From assembly GCA_963716725.1 (NCBI GenBank), contig CAVQUB010000008.1, forward strand, positions 288,001 to 352,000: DNA of 64,000 nucleotides, given 5' to 3'. Positions 45,820 to 57,455 of this stretch are shown piece after piece (within the stretch, counting starts at the first letter, position 1; every line of letters starts with the position of its first letter). Source of the stretch: an uncultured delta proteobacterium. Lineage in GTDB: Bacteria; Myxococcota_A; Polyangia; Polyangiales; Polyangiaceae. Position numbers and translations under genes: made by a program. The notes below the pieces were generated by a model. It saw only the letters and a program-made list of their open reading frames with translations. It was not told the origin of the DNA and made no database searches.

Positions 45820-47148
45820 CTACTTGGCGCAACGCAGCAGAGCCCAGCCGCCGATCGGAAGGGCCGAGTCAGCGGTTGTCTTCGTGAGCCAAGTCACCGC
45901 GACTCGGTCCCGGGCCGCCGCCGCCGCGATGCGCGTTCCGTCGAAAGCGCTCAGGTTCATGGTGCCGAGCGATCCGGCGAAGTCCATCGAAACCGCCGGC
46001 CCAGCAGCGAGCGAGCCGTTGGCTCCGTCGAGGCGGTAGACGCTGATGCCGCCGCTGCGGGCCTGCACGACGAAGAGGTGGTCGCGCAGCACCACGAGCG
46101 CGCCGCCCATGACGGTGCCCTTGCCGATTTGCATGGGGACCGTCGGGCTGATCGCGCCGAGCTTCCACACCGCGGGCTGCACGGTCATGCCCACGGTGGC
46201 GGGGATGGCGGCCGCGAGCTTGTCATTCCAGGCGACGAGCGCAGCCCAGGGCGCGGCTCGCGGCAACGAAAGCTCGTGGCTGAGGTCCAGCGTGTCGCTC
46301 GAACGATCGCCGACCTTGACTACGGTGGTGCCTTCGCCGCCGCTCTGCACGGGGGCCAAGAACGCGCGAACCTGCGGGCTGGTTGCGACCATGGTGTAGG
46401 CAACGTCCGCGTCGCCGAAGGGCTTGGCGATGGGCACGCTGGTCTTGAATGCCGATCCCTCCAGCACCAAGCGCTCGACGGACGGCGAGTCCGCCTGGTG
46501 TTGCACGCGGTAAACGAGCTCCCAGTCGTCGTTGCCGGCGGCAGGCGCGATGGCGCCGCTCTGCGACATCCAGAGCTGCTTGAAGGACTTGTTCCGTGGG
46601 CCCACCGCCTGTTCGACCTGTCCCTTCGAGTTGAAGGGAATGAACACCGCGCCAGCGCCTTGACCGCAATCCGGCAGGCTGGTGGTCATCATCCCGGAGG
46701 TGCCCGCGGAGGCCATGCCCACGCCGTCCTCTGGGACCTGGTTGGCGCAACCGCTGAGGTCGAAGTTCTGCGCCGGCGAGAGAGCGCCGTCGTCCTTCAG
46801 GAACGCGAGCACCGCGCGCATCGAGTCTCCATCTTGATCGCGGTAGCCGAGCATGAAGCCGTCAGCGGTCGCGGCGATCGCAGGCCCCGATAGCCGCGCG
46901 CCATCGAAGACCGCCCCTGGCAGCGAACCCGTGGATTCGACCTCCAGCTTGCAGCCGGTCGCGGTCGTGCCGCCCGAGCTGGCCCCTCCCGTTCCCACCG
47001 CGCCGCCCGCGCCGCCCGCGCCGCCCGCGCCGCCACCGATGTCGTTGGTCGTGGAGCCGCCGCAGGCCAGGACCAGGCTGGTGAAAGTCACGCACCCCGC
47101 GAGCAGGTCGAGTCGAATCGAACTCCTTCGCGCCCCGCTGCACCCCAT
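45820..47148 (-). CDS. Hypothetical lipoprotein, beta-rich
   Basis: Lipobox VLAC, Gly linker, beta-propeller-like repeats. Confidence 0.65.
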   Translation of the reverse strand: MGCSGARRSSIRLDLLAGCVTFTSLVLACGGSTTNDIGGGAGGAGGAGGAVGTGGASSGGTTATGCKLEVESTGSLPGAVFDGARLSGPAIAATADGFMLGYRDQDGDSMRAVLAFLKDDGALSPAQNFDLSGCANQVPEDGVGMASAGTSGMMTTSLPDCGQGAGAVFIPFNSKGQVEQAVGPRNKSFKQLWMSQSGAIAPAAGNDDWELVYRVQHQADSPSVERLVLEGSAFKTSVPIAKPFGDADVAYTMVATSPQVRAFLAPVQSGGEGTTVVKVGDRSSDTLDLSHELSLPRAAPWAALVAWNDKLAAAIPATVGMTVQPAVWKLGAISPTVPMQIGKGTVMGGALVVLRDHLFVVQARSGGISVYRLDGANGSLAAGPAVSMDFAGSLGTMNLSAFDGTRIAAAAARDRVAVTWLTKTTADSALPIGGWALLRCAK

Positions 47149-47229
47149 CGCTGCGCCAGCGTACCGCGTTCCCCGGCCAACGTCGACGCCTACCGCGCCG
47201 TCTGCCGTCGTGGCAACCTGCGGTCGAGC

Positions 47230-48498
47230 ATGGCAGGCGACGCGTCGAGCACCATCGAGCATCGCGGACCGTCGCAGCCGAAGGCCGGTCTGCGTCGGCC
47301 CGCGCTCATCTGCGTCCATCCGAGGGCGTCGGCGGTTGCGCTGCCGGACTCGGGCAGCGTCGTGGGTCGCGACTGGCTCGCCAAGAACGGTCTGGCCGAC
47401 ACCGAGGTGTCGGGAGCCCACCTCGAGGTCGACCGAGCCGGCGGTGTTCTGCGCGTCGCCGACGCGGGATCGCGCAACGGCACCTGGGTCAACGGGCACC
47501 GGCTTCGAGCCCACGACAAAACGCCCCTCGACGACGGGGCGACGCTGCGCATCGGTCGCACGCTCTTCGTGCATCGCGACAAGTTCATGGGTTCGTTCGA
47601 ACCTGCGGCCCCGGTGGGCGAGTTGGTGGGGCCCTACGGTCTGCGCGGGGTCGCCGCGGTCATCGAGGGTCTCGCGAGCACGCGCCCAGGCAACGTGCTG
47701 GTGCAGGGTGAGACCGGGACGGGCAAAGAGCTGGTGGCGCGGGCGGTCGCAGCTGCCTTCGGGCGTCAGCAAAGGCTGGCGGCCGTGAACGTGGCGAGCG
47801 TGGCCCGCGGGGTCTTCGAGTCGCAGATGTTCGGACACGTGGCGGGGGCGTTTTCGGATGCCAAGGCCGCGGCGCCCGGGATCGTCGTGGCCCACGACAC
47901 CGGAACCATCTTCCTCGACGAGATCGGCGAGCTCGATCTCGGGCTACAGGCAAAGTTGCTGCGGCTGCTGGAGAACCGGGAGGTGCTCCCGGTCGGCGCT
48001 CAGCGCGCCGTGCAGGTCGACGTGCTCTTCGTCGCCGCGACCCACCGCGATCTCGAAGCCATGGTCGAGGGCGGTGAGTTCCGTCGCGACCTCTTGGCCC
48101 GACTCGCCATGGCCAGCATCGAGCTGCCGGCGCTCCGCGATCGCAGCGAAGACATCTTCGAGATCGTTCGAGCGCTGTGGCGGCGCGCAGAGGTGACGGC
48201 GCCGCCGCCCGATCAGATCGAGGTCGAGGCCGTCGAGCGCCTGCTGCTCGAGCCCTGGCCGAGCAACGTGCGCGAGCTCGACACGGTGCTCGCGGCCGTG
48301 CGTCGTGTCGATCGCGAGCCTGGCTTGCGTCTCTGGGCCCTGGAGCAAGTGCTGGGCGAGCGCTCGGGATCGAAGACCGCCCTGACCCGCGACGTGGTCG
48401 ACGCCGCGGTGGCGGCCCAAGGCGGCAATGTGACGGCAGCAGCGGCGAAGCTCGGCGTTTCTCGGGGCAAGCTGCTGCGTTTGTTGAAGCGAGGCTGA
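47230..48498 (+). CDS. FHA-domain sigma54-dependent activator
   Basis: FHA motifs VVGR, VSGAH, GSRNGTWVNG; GETGTGKE, GAFSDA, FLDEIGE, WPSNVREL; C-terminal HTH. Confidence 0.9.
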   Translation: MAGDASSTIEHRGPSQPKAGLRRPALICVHPRASAVALPDSGSVVGRDWLAKNGLADTEVSGAHLEVDRAGGVLRVADAGSRNGTWVNGHRLRAHDKTPLDDGATLRIGRTLFVHRDKFMGSFEPAAPVGELVGPYGLRGVAAVIEGLASTRPGNVLVQGETGTGKELVARAVAAAFGRQQRLAAVNVASVARGVFESQMFGHVAGAFSDAKAAAPGIVVAHDTGTIFLDEIGELDLGLQAKLLRLLENREVLPVGAQRAVQVDVLFVAATHRDLEAMVEGGEFRRDLLARLAMASIELPALRDRSEDIFEIVRALWRRAEVTAPPPDQIEVEAVERLLLEPWPSNVRELDTVLAAVRRVDREPGLRLWALEQVLGERSGSKTALTRDVVDAAVAAQGGNVTAAAAKLGVSRGKLLRLLKRG

Positions 48499-48502
48499 GG
48501 CG

Positions 48503-50401
<1,899 letters not shown>

Positions 50402-50423
50402 CGGACGAGGGTCCCGCCTGCGA

Positions 50424-50810
50424 TCAGTCCGTGCCGGAGTCCGGCGGGATCTTCAAGCAGGCCTGAGGCGCGTCCGCACCGCTGTCTTCTACTGGACTGA
50501 GACAAGGTTGCGGATTGGCGTCCGCGTCTTCGCCTGCGTCGTAGGGCGGCTGCAGGCAGGGCTGTGATCCCGCCGAGCCACCGGTATTCGATCCGCCGGA
50601 GCCCGCAGCGCCGCCGGAGCCCGCAGCGCCGCCGGAGCCTGCGGCACCGCCGCTTCCGCCCGTCGCCACGCCGCCGGTTCCGCCGCCTCCGTCCGACTCG
50701 GTGTCGCCGCAGGCGACGGCGCCAGCAACGATGCCGGCGCTGGCGAGCGCGGCCGCGACGAAGCGCGCGCGGCGCGCGAGGATCACTCGTTTCGATTCAC
50801 GGTCCGACAT
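50424..50810 (-). CDS. Small lipoprotein with three [PS]Q[PA]CL repeats
   Basis: ILARRARFVAAAL...AVAC, GSGGAA repeats, SQPCLQP / PQPCLSP / PQACLKI. Confidence 0.75.
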   Translation of the reverse strand: MSDRESKRVILARRARFVAAALASAGIVAGAVACGDTESDGGGGTGGVATGGSGGAAGSGGAAGSGGAAGSGGSNTGGSAGSQPCLQPPYDAGEDADANPQPCLSPVEDSGADAPQACLKIPPDSGTD

Positions 50811-50868
50811 CTTGCACCCACCAGAATTATGCCCGAGTTTCGGGGGGCGCGTGTACCCTCTTCGAAGC

Positions 50869-51270
50869 ATGTCGATCCGACGTTCCGTTTCCGCGCTGTT
50901 CTTCGTGACTCTGCTGAGCGCTCCGGCGTTGGCCGACGTCCCTCCGGGTCCGGGCCCAGGCCCTCCGCCGGCCGCGGAGTGCACCGCTCAGAGCATGGCG
51001 TCGTCGCACGATCAATGCGTGGACTGTTCGGCGTCTTACGAGCAACCGAACAAATGCCAAGAGCTGGCGTCGCAGGGCTATCGGCAGGCGTGTCGCGCTC
51101 AGGGAGCGTCGGTGTGGAACGAGGTCTGGTGTCGCGGCGGCGGCGGGCAGCCCGAGCAGCGTCGCGGCTGCGGCGCGTGCGCGGTCGGCACGGACGAAGC
51201 GTCGAGCTCGATGCTCGCGATGGCTCTGGCGGCCCTCGGTGCGCTCGCCTGGGCTGCGCGGCGGCGCTGA
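50869..51270 (+). CDS. Secreted Cys-rich protein with MYXO-CTERM-like tail
   Basis: Signal ending ALA-D; tail GCGACAVG, hydrophobic helix, RRR. Confidence 0.75.
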   Translation: MSIRRSVSALFFVTLLSAPALADVPPGPGPGPPPAAECTAQSMASSHDQCVDCSASYEQPNKCQELASQGYRQACRAQGASVWNEVWCRGGGGQPEQRRGCGACAVGTDEASSSMLAMALAALGALAWAARRR

Positions 51271-51287
51271 GCGTGTAAGCTTTGGCG

Positions 51288-51833
51288 GTGCTGCTCGCTG
51301 CCCGCCACTTGATCGACCGCACCCGCCACCCCCGAGGGCGGGCGGACGCGCTGTTGCAGTTGCGCACTCGTCTCGAAAAGCTGCCGAGCACGCGCGGGGT
51401 CGCCCCCGAGCGCGTGTCTCTCGCCCGCCGACTGGGTGAGCTGCGCCAGCAGCTGACCGACGCCCTGCGAGACGTGCGCTCCTGCTCCGGGTGCGCCGTC
51501 GGGCACCCGGAGCCCTACGGCCACTGGTCCGGCGGTCACTGCTGCGGCGGCGAGACGCCGCGCGTGTTCACCGACGACGAGCTCGCGGTGCTGAAGCTGT
51601 CGGGAACGACCTCATCCAAGCTGACGCCGCCGCGATCGGACTTTGCGGGCTGCGCATTTCGCGGCCCGGTCGGTTGCTCACTCGAGCCCGGGGACCGCCC
51701 GACGCTCTGCGTGCGGTTCGTGTGCATGGAGCTGGAACGAGAGCTGCGACAAAGAGGAGATCTACCCAAGATCCGCGCCCTGCAGCGCGAGCTGAGCGAA
51801 ACATTCGCGCGCCTCACGCGTCGTGATGTCTGA
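51288..51833 (+). CDS. Cys-cluster protein (YkgJ-like, Zn or Fe-S binding)
   Basis: CSGC...HCC...CAF....GC......RP..C..FVC spacing. Confidence 0.65.
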   Translation: MLLAARHLIDRTRHPRGRADALLQLRTRLEKLPSTRGVAPERVSLARRLGELRQQLTDALRDVRSCSGCAVGHPEPYGHWSGGHCCGGETPRVFTDDELAVLKLSGTTSSKLTPPRSDFAGCAFRGPVGCSLEPGDRPTLCVRFVCMELERELRQRGDLPKIRALQRELSETFARLTRRDV

Positions 51834-51845
51834 CACGCGGTCCGC

Positions 51846-52178
51846 TCACTCGAGCAGCTGATCGACCTTCGCGGCGCAGATGAAGTCGTTCTCGGAGAGC
51901 CCGCCTATCGCGTGGGTCCAGTAGCGCACCTCGCACTTGCCCCAGCCCACCAGCAGGTCGGGGTGGTGGTCCTCGCGGTGGGCCATCCAGGCGACCGCGT
52001 TCACGAAGGCCATGGTGCGGTAATAGTCCTTGAACGCGTACTCGCGCCGGATCTGCTTTCCATCTTCGGAAATTATCCACTCGGGGACCTGTCGGTGCAG
52101 CTCCGTCGCCTCTTGCAGCGTGAGGGCGGGGATGCCTCCCTCGCAGGGGACGCAGCTCTTGGTGCAGAGTTGATTCAT
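51846..52178 (-). CDS. phhB: Pterin-4a-carbinolamine dehydratase
   Basis: CVPCEGG, EDHHPD, THAIGGLSENDFICAAK. Confidence 0.93.
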   Translation of the reverse strand: MNQLCTKSCVPCEGGIPALTLQEATELHRQVPEWIISEDGKQIRREYAFKDYYRTMAFVNAVAWMAHREDHHPDLLVGWGKCEVRYWTHAIGGLSENDFICAAKVDQLLE

Positions 52179-52363
52179 CACGACCTCCGTATCGTGCTCG
52201 TCGTAGGACCCTCTCGCCGAATCGCCAGTGCTGCGCCATTGGAGCTGGTATCGACGGCGCTCGTGCCGAATATCGGCTATTTTCCAGCGCCGGCCTCCCG
52301 CTGTCCGCGGTCGCGCTCTATGTGGAGTGCGGCGTCACTCAGGCGCGCCGCGTCCGGATCACG

Positions 52364-53836
52364 ATGGGAATGCTCGCCTTCGACAACAGCTACGCCCGCC
52401 TACCGGACCGCTTCTACGCGCGCATCGCGCCCACCACGGTCGCTGACCCTCAGCTCTTGAGAGTCAACCGGCCCTTGGCCGAGCTGCTCGGCGTCGACGC
52501 GGATCTGCTCGGGTCCCCCGCGCTGGCCTCCGTCTTTTCCGGCAACGAGATCCCCGAGGGCGCCGAGCCCATCGCGCTGGCCTACGCTGGCCATCAGTTC
52601 GGCATGTTCGTGCCGCAGCTCGGCGACGGTCGGGCGGTGCTCTTGGGCGAGGTGATCGGCAAAGACGGACAACGGCGCGACATCCAGCTCAAGGGCGCGG
52701 GGCGCACGCCCTTCTCCCGCGGGGGCGATGGCCGCGCTGCGCTCGGCCCAGTACTGCGTGAGTACGTCGTGAGCGAGGCGATGGCGGCGCTCGGCGTCCC
52801 GACCACGCGGGCGCTGGCCGCAGTCTCGACCGGCGAGCCGGTCGTCCGCGACGAGCTGCTGCCGGGCGCCGTGCTCACCCGGGTCGCCACCAGTCACATC
52901 CGGGTGGGCACGTTCCAGTTCTTCGCCGCGCGGCGCGACCAAGAGGCCCTCGGCCTGCTCGCCGCCCACGCGCTGGCCCGCCACTACCCCGCCGCCGTCG
53001 GCAGCGGGAACGACGCGCTCGCCCTGATCGAGCAGGTGATCGCTGCGCAAGCCGAGCTGATCGCGAGCTGGCTCGGATTTGGATTCGTGCACGGCGTGAT
53101 GAACACCGACAACACCTCGATCTCGGGAGAGACCATCGACTACGGACCCTGCGCGTTCCTCGACGAGTTCGACCCGCACAAGAAGTTCAGCTCCATCGAC
53201 CACGCTGGGCGCTACGCATTCTCGAATCAGCCGCGCATGGCCCAATGGAACTTGGCGCGTCTCGCCGAGGCGTTGCTCGGCCTCCTCGCCGACGACGAGC
53301 AGCAGGCCGTCCGCCTGGCGACCGAGCAGCTGGAGCGCTTTCCTTCGCGCTTTGACGCGGCCTACGCGCGTGTCCTCCGGGCAAAGCTCGGGCTCGCGCG
53401 GGAGGAGCCCGGTGACGTGTCGCTCGCGCAGGGTCTCCTCGATCTGCTCGCGGCAAACCAGATCGACTACACGCGGTTTTTCCGCAAGCTCTGCGCCGCA
53501 GCGGGCGATCCTGCGGGGCAGGCCGGCCTCGAGTCCTGCTTCGAGGAACCGGCCGCCTTCCGCGCGTGGGCCGACACCTGGCGCGGTCGACTCGCCATCG
53601 AGGATCTCGACCCGGCCGCGCGCGCCGCGGCGATGCGGCGCGCCAACCCCGCGTTCATCCCGCGCAACCACCGCGTGCAAGAGGCGATAGACGCGGCGAT
53701 AGCTGGCGATCTGCGGCCCTTCGAAGCGCTGGTCGAGGTGCTCGCTCGACCTTGCGATGATCAGTCCGACTTCGAACACCTGGCCGAGCCTCCCCGTCCC
53801 GAGCAACGCGTGCTCGAGACCTTCTGCGGCACCTGA
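52364..53836 (+). CDS. selO: Protein adenylyltransferase SelO/YdiU
   Basis: YAGHQFG, LGDGRA, QLKGAG.TPFSRGGDGRA, HGVMNTDN, IDYGP, terminal TFCGT. Confidence 0.95.
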   Translation: MGMLAFDNSYARLPDRFYARIAPTTVADPQLLRVNRPLAELLGVDADLLGSPALASVFSGNEIPEGAEPIALAYAGHQFGMFVPQLGDGRAVLLGEVIGKDGQRRDIQLKGAGRTPFSRGGDGRAALGPVLREYVVSEAMAALGVPTTRALAAVSTGEPVVRDELLPGAVLTRVATSHIRVGTFQFFAARRDQEALGLLAAHALARHYPAAVGSGNDALALIEQVIAAQAELIASWLGFGFVHGVMNTDNTSISGETIDYGPCAFLDEFDPHKKFSSIDHAGRYAFSNQPRMAQWNLARLAEALLGLLADDEQQAVRLATEQLERFPSRFDAAYARVLRAKLGLAREEPGDVSLAQGLLDLLAANQIDYTRFFRKLCAAAGDPAGQAGLESCFEEPAAFRAWADTWRGRLAIEDLDPAARAAAMRRANPAFIPRNHRVQEAIDAAIAGDLRPFEALVEVLARPCDDQSDFEHLAEPPRPEQRVLETFCGT

Positions 53837-53846
53837 GACGCAATCG

Positions 53847-54830
53847 CTAGAGTTGGTCGAGGGTCTGGCGCAGCAGGCCGCCGGCGTCGACGTAGGCCTG
53901 CCAGTGCCCCGGCGCCCAACCGGCGAGGAAACGACACAGGTCGGCCCAAGCGATGGGATAGAGCTGGCGCCATTCGTCTTCGACCCCGGCGCGCGTGGCC
54001 GAGTCCAGTTCGGGTCTCCGCTCGGCCATCCGCGCGCGCAAGATGCGAAAGTAGAGCTCCAGGGTCTGGGGCGTCCGCGCCTCGCACTCTTGGGCGTCCC
54101 AGCAGCTGCTGAAGAAGTACGCCACGTCCTTGATGCCTGAGCCGCCACCGACGTACTGAAAATCCACCGCCGCCACGCCGCGCTGGCCGAAGCAAAAGTT
54201 CGCGAGCTTGGCGTCGCCGTGCACCAGCGTCTTGAACTTGCAGGCGTTCAGCCGAGCGTCCAAGGTCGGTGCGGCGCGTCGCAGCCGGGCGTCCGAAATT
54301 GCGGGCAGCTCGTCCCGGCGAGTCGCCAGGTGCCAGTAGGTCCCCGTCTTCCACAGATCCGTCGGCCGCTGCCCGAGGAAGACCGCGTGAAAGTCGGCGA
54401 GCCAGGTCAGGCAGAGCTCGATCTCCGACTCGGACACGCTGCGGCGGCGTTCCGGGAATCCACTGGCGTCCAAGTCCTCCAAGACGAAGAGCCAACCCTC
54501 GGGCGTGCTCAGCCGCCGGGTCCCGAGGCAGCGCGGAACGCGAGAGATGGCCGTGCACCGCTCCGCGGTGCTCTCGTAGAAGGCGCACTCCACGGCGTAC
54601 GATCGCAGCTTTCGCTGGTGAGAAGCGTCGTTCTCGCGCTGGCGCCGCGCTTCTGGAGGCGTGACGCGCTTGACCACGACGCTCTCGATCGGCCCCCCTT
54701 CGAGGTGCACGCGTCGAATCTCTCCATACCCGCTCCACAGGCTCTGAATCGCGTCGCCCGAGATCGCGCGCTGGGCGCCCGCCCGCTCGGCGATCCAGCC
54801 GAGTGGCAACTCGCTCTCCGACCCGCGCAT
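53847..54830 (-). CDS. APH/choline-kinase-like phosphotransferase
   Basis: SLWSGYGEI, LVHGDAKLANF, VDFQYVG. Confidence 0.85.
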   Translation of the reverse strand: MRGSESELPLGWIAERAGAQRAISGDAIQSLWSGYGEIRRVHLEGGPIESVVVKRVTPPEARRQRENDASHQRKLRSYAVECAFYESTAERCTAISRVPRCLGTRRLSTPEGWLFVLEDLDASGFPERRRSVSESEIELCLTWLADFHAVFLGQRPTDLWKTGTYWHLATRRDELPAISDARLRRAAPTLDARLNACKFKTLVHGDAKLANFCFGQRGVAAVDFQYVGGGSGIKDVAYFFSSCWDAQECEARTPQTLELYFRILRARMAERRPELDSATRAGVEDEWRQLYPIAWADLCRFLAGWAPGHWQAYVDAGGLLRQTLDQL

Positions 54831-54838
54831 CACCGCCT

Positions 54839-55004
54839 TGTACCAGCTTCGGTCCGGCGGGTTCGGACACCGCGTATGGCTGGCAGGGGACGGTGGGTCT
54901 TGGGGGCAAGCTGCTCAGCGACCACGTGGGCGGAGCCAACTTTTGCGGAAAACACCGAGCCCGGCAGCTGCGGCCGACAGGCTTGCTTGAACGAAGCTGG
55001 TACA
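54839..55004. repeat. 13-bp perfect inverted repeat bounding a divergent intergenic region
   Basis: TGTACCAGCTTCG (54839-51) and CGAAGCTGGTACA (54992-55004). Confidence 0.8.
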
Positions 55005-55014
55005 CTCGGGCCGC

Positions 55015-55578
55015 ATGGACGAAGACGTGAAGGCCGACCTCGCTCGGGAAGGCATGAGGGCGACGGAGCTGGTGGAGCCGGGCGCCATCAAGGAGCGCGT
55101 CAAGGACTCGGTCGCCGACGCGGTCGGCAACGCAGCGTTGCGAGGACTGGCGGCGATGGGTCGGCTGGGCGGCAAGGACCGGTCCCCGGCCCGAACGCGC
55201 GCTTTTGCCGCCGTGGATCTGGCACCGAGCTTCGAGGACTTCGACGCCGACGACGCCGCGACCTTCGAGGGTCGAGTGCGGAAGGCAGCGGCGCAGAGGG
55301 CGGCGCGGGAGGACGAAGAACGGCGAACGGAACTCGCCGCGTTGCGCCGCTCGTTTCCAGAGGCGTCGCAGGAGCTGGCGCTGCTGCTCTTCAACTGCGT
55401 CGATCTCCTGGAAGATCTATCGGAGGATGCCGAAGGGCTGCCCCCAACACCGGCTGAGCTCGAGCGGAAAGAGCGACTGCTGTCGCGCATCGCGGAGCTG
55501 CTGGCCCCACGAGCGAGCGAAGCGCTGCTGAGCTTTGTCGAGCACGTCGTGGAGATCAGCCGGCGACATCGGAGCTGA
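55015..55578 (+). CDS. Hypothetical helical protein
   Basis: 187-aa charged ORF preceded by TGGTACACT. Confidence 0.6.
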   Translation: MDEDVKADLAREGMRATELVEPGAIKERVKDSVADAVGNAALRGLAAMGRLGGKDRSPARTRAFAAVDLAPSFEDFDADDAATFEGRVRKAAAQRAAREDEERRTELAALRRSFPEASQELALLLFNCVDLLEDLSEDAEGLPPTPAELERKERLLSRIAELLAPRASEALLSFVEHVVEISRRHRS

Positions 55579-55596
55579 GCGACGCGGCCCCGGGGC

Positions 55597-57126
55597 TCAC
55601 CGTCGACTCACCGCCTCGAAGGTGCCCACGTGGGAGTAGGTCCCGTACTGCTCCCTTCCGGCGAACAAGAGCGCGCGATAGACGCCGTCGCTCGGAAATG
55701 GGCAGGTCACGCGGATGGAAGGTCCAGGCAGCACGCTGCAACGCTCTCCCTGATCCGCCTCGGGCGCGTGCTTGGGCTTCACCCGCGCCAACATGAAAGC
55801 CCCGCGAGGGTTGTCGACCTCGATCTCGAAGCTCGAGCCCACCGTGACCTGTGAGCGATCGGGCTTGTTCAGCTTCAAGCCGTGCATGAAGAAGCGGGCG
55901 CGCAGCATGGGCTGGCGCATGAACTCGCCTCGATCGATCGGCCTCGCACGGAGCTGCCAGCGTTCCTGCTCCGGATAGTGGTCGACGCCGAAGATTTCCG
56001 GCGGCGTCAGCAGATAATTGGTGGAGTACTGCTTGGTGAACGCGCGTCCGTTCACGTGGCCCGAGTCCCAAGTCGCATCGATCAAGTACCACTTGCCGCC
56101 GATCTTGGCGGCGTTCCAGGCGTGGCCGCCCCCGCCGATGGTGTCGACGTCGGTGCGCGCGTCGCCGACCACCGTCGCCACCTCGTCCCCCGTGACCTTC
56201 GCCATCGCGCTCAGCAGGTTCGCGTAGCCGGCGCACACACCCTTTCGGCTGTCGAAGACCGATCTCGCGTCCTGCGCGGGGATGGTGTCGTCCGCGAGCG
56301 CCACCGCGTCGTAGGCGATGCGATCCGCAACGTAGTCGTGCAGCGCCTTGATCCTCGCCCGAGGCTCCGGCTCCTGCGCCTTGATGTGTCGGGCCACCGA
56401 CTCGAAGCTGGTCTCCTCCGCCGGAGGGAAGTCCCGGACGAGGGGGTGGAGCTCCGCCCCCAGCGGCCAGTCTGCCGCGCTGAGCTTGGGCTCCGTCTTC
56501 GTTCCCGGGTCGTCGGGCCTTGGCGTCGGAGCGCCGCCGGAGGTCGTCGTCGGGGCCGGCGTGGGCAACGGGGCCGACGTCGCGGTCGAGGTGGGCAGCG
56601 GTCCCGGCGCGATCCCCGGGTCGTCGTCGACCAGCTTCTCGAAGCGGTTCTTGTGTGCCAGCTCGTAGAGCCACTCGAGCTGACCCGACAGCCCGAACAA
56701 AAGCGAGCGCGACCGCTCGATGAACGCTCCCTGCCGGCCGTCGAGCATCCAGTCGCCGCGGGTCGAGAGTGCGGTGAACACCAGCGTTGGGCGCGCGGCC
56801 ACCAGCCCGGCGATCAATACGAAGTTGATGGCGAAGGTACGCAGCAGCAGTCGATCGCCGAAGGTGAGGATGCGCGCACGCGAATCTTTCTGCTTCCTGC
56901 GGCGGTACTCCGACCAGGCGTCCCAGGCCAGAGGCAGCCCCGGAAACGCCGCGAGCCCGGCGACGAAGGGCAACCACGTCGCCTTGCCTTGGTGGGCGGC
57001 CACCGACGACGCAGCCCAGACCCCCAGGACAGGCGTCGAGAGCACCAGCGCCGCGACGGCGAGCTTGAGCACGAGGCCCAGGGTCGACGCGACGAGCGCC
57101 AAACGCGATCCGCTGCGGCCGGGCAC
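55597..57126 (-). CDS. Membrane-anchored transglutaminase-like protein
   Basis: N-terminal TM helices; GVCAGYA, HAWN, IDATWD catalytic triad. Confidence 0.88.
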   Translation of the reverse strand: MPGRSGSRLALVASTLGLVLKLAVAALVLSTPVLGVWAASSVAAHQGKATWLPFVAGLAAFPGLPLAWDAWSEYRRRKQKDSRARILTFGDRLLLRTFAINFVLIAGLVAARPTLVFTALSTRGDWMLDGRQGAFIERSRSLLFGLSGQLEWLYELAHKNRFEKLVDDDPGIAPGPLPTSTATSAPLPTPAPTTTSGGAPTPRPDDPGTKTEPKLSAADWPLGAELHPLVRDFPPAEETSFESVARHIKAQEPEPRARIKALHDYVADRIAYDAVALADDTIPAQDARSVFDSRKGVCAGYANLLSAMAKVTGDEVATVVGDARTDVDTIGGGGHAWNAAKIGGKWYLIDATWDSGHVNGRAFTKQYSTNYLLTPPEIFGVDHYPEQERWQLRARPIDRGEFMRQPMLRARFFMHGLKLNKPDRSQVTVGSSFEIEVDNPRGAFMLARVKPKHAPEADQGERCSVLPGPSIRVTCPFPSDGVYRALLFAGREQYGTYSHVGTFEAVSRR

Positions 57127-57204
57127 GATGCATCAAGCTAGGTTCCAGGCGCTGCGCGCGCAAGCGCGGCTGGGCGGAGGGGTTCACCGGCGCTAGGCTG
57201 GAAT

Positions 57205-57384
57205 GCCATCGTCTTCTTCAAGCGTCCCGACCACGTGGGCATCGTCACTCAGACCAAGGGCAAGAGCGGTCACCCGACGTTGATCAACCTCTGGACCTTT
57301 GGCTACAAGACCCGAGCCATGGATCTGCTCGGATCGGTGCCGGTCACGCACCGCTTCCGGTTCCCGAGTCGTCCGCGCGGCTGA
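57205..57384 (+). pseudogene. 3' gene remnant, DUF1287/NlpC-like C-terminus
   Basis: Start-less frame AIVFFKRPDHVGIVTQTKGKSGHPTLINLWTFGYKTRAMDLLGSVPVTHRFRFPSRPRG* with coding-like GC3. Confidence 0.5.
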
Positions 57385-57455
57385 AGTTGCCTCCACGACG
57401 GCCGTCCCCCCTCCCGCTCCGTCGGGGCATGCCCTATGTGTCCGACCCTATGCGC

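Noticed and set aside
52364..53836. Selenocysteine read-through in SelO
   Set aside because: The protein ends CGT followed by TGA, with Cys in the motif. I saw no convincing SECIS, and a convergent gene ends 10 nt later.
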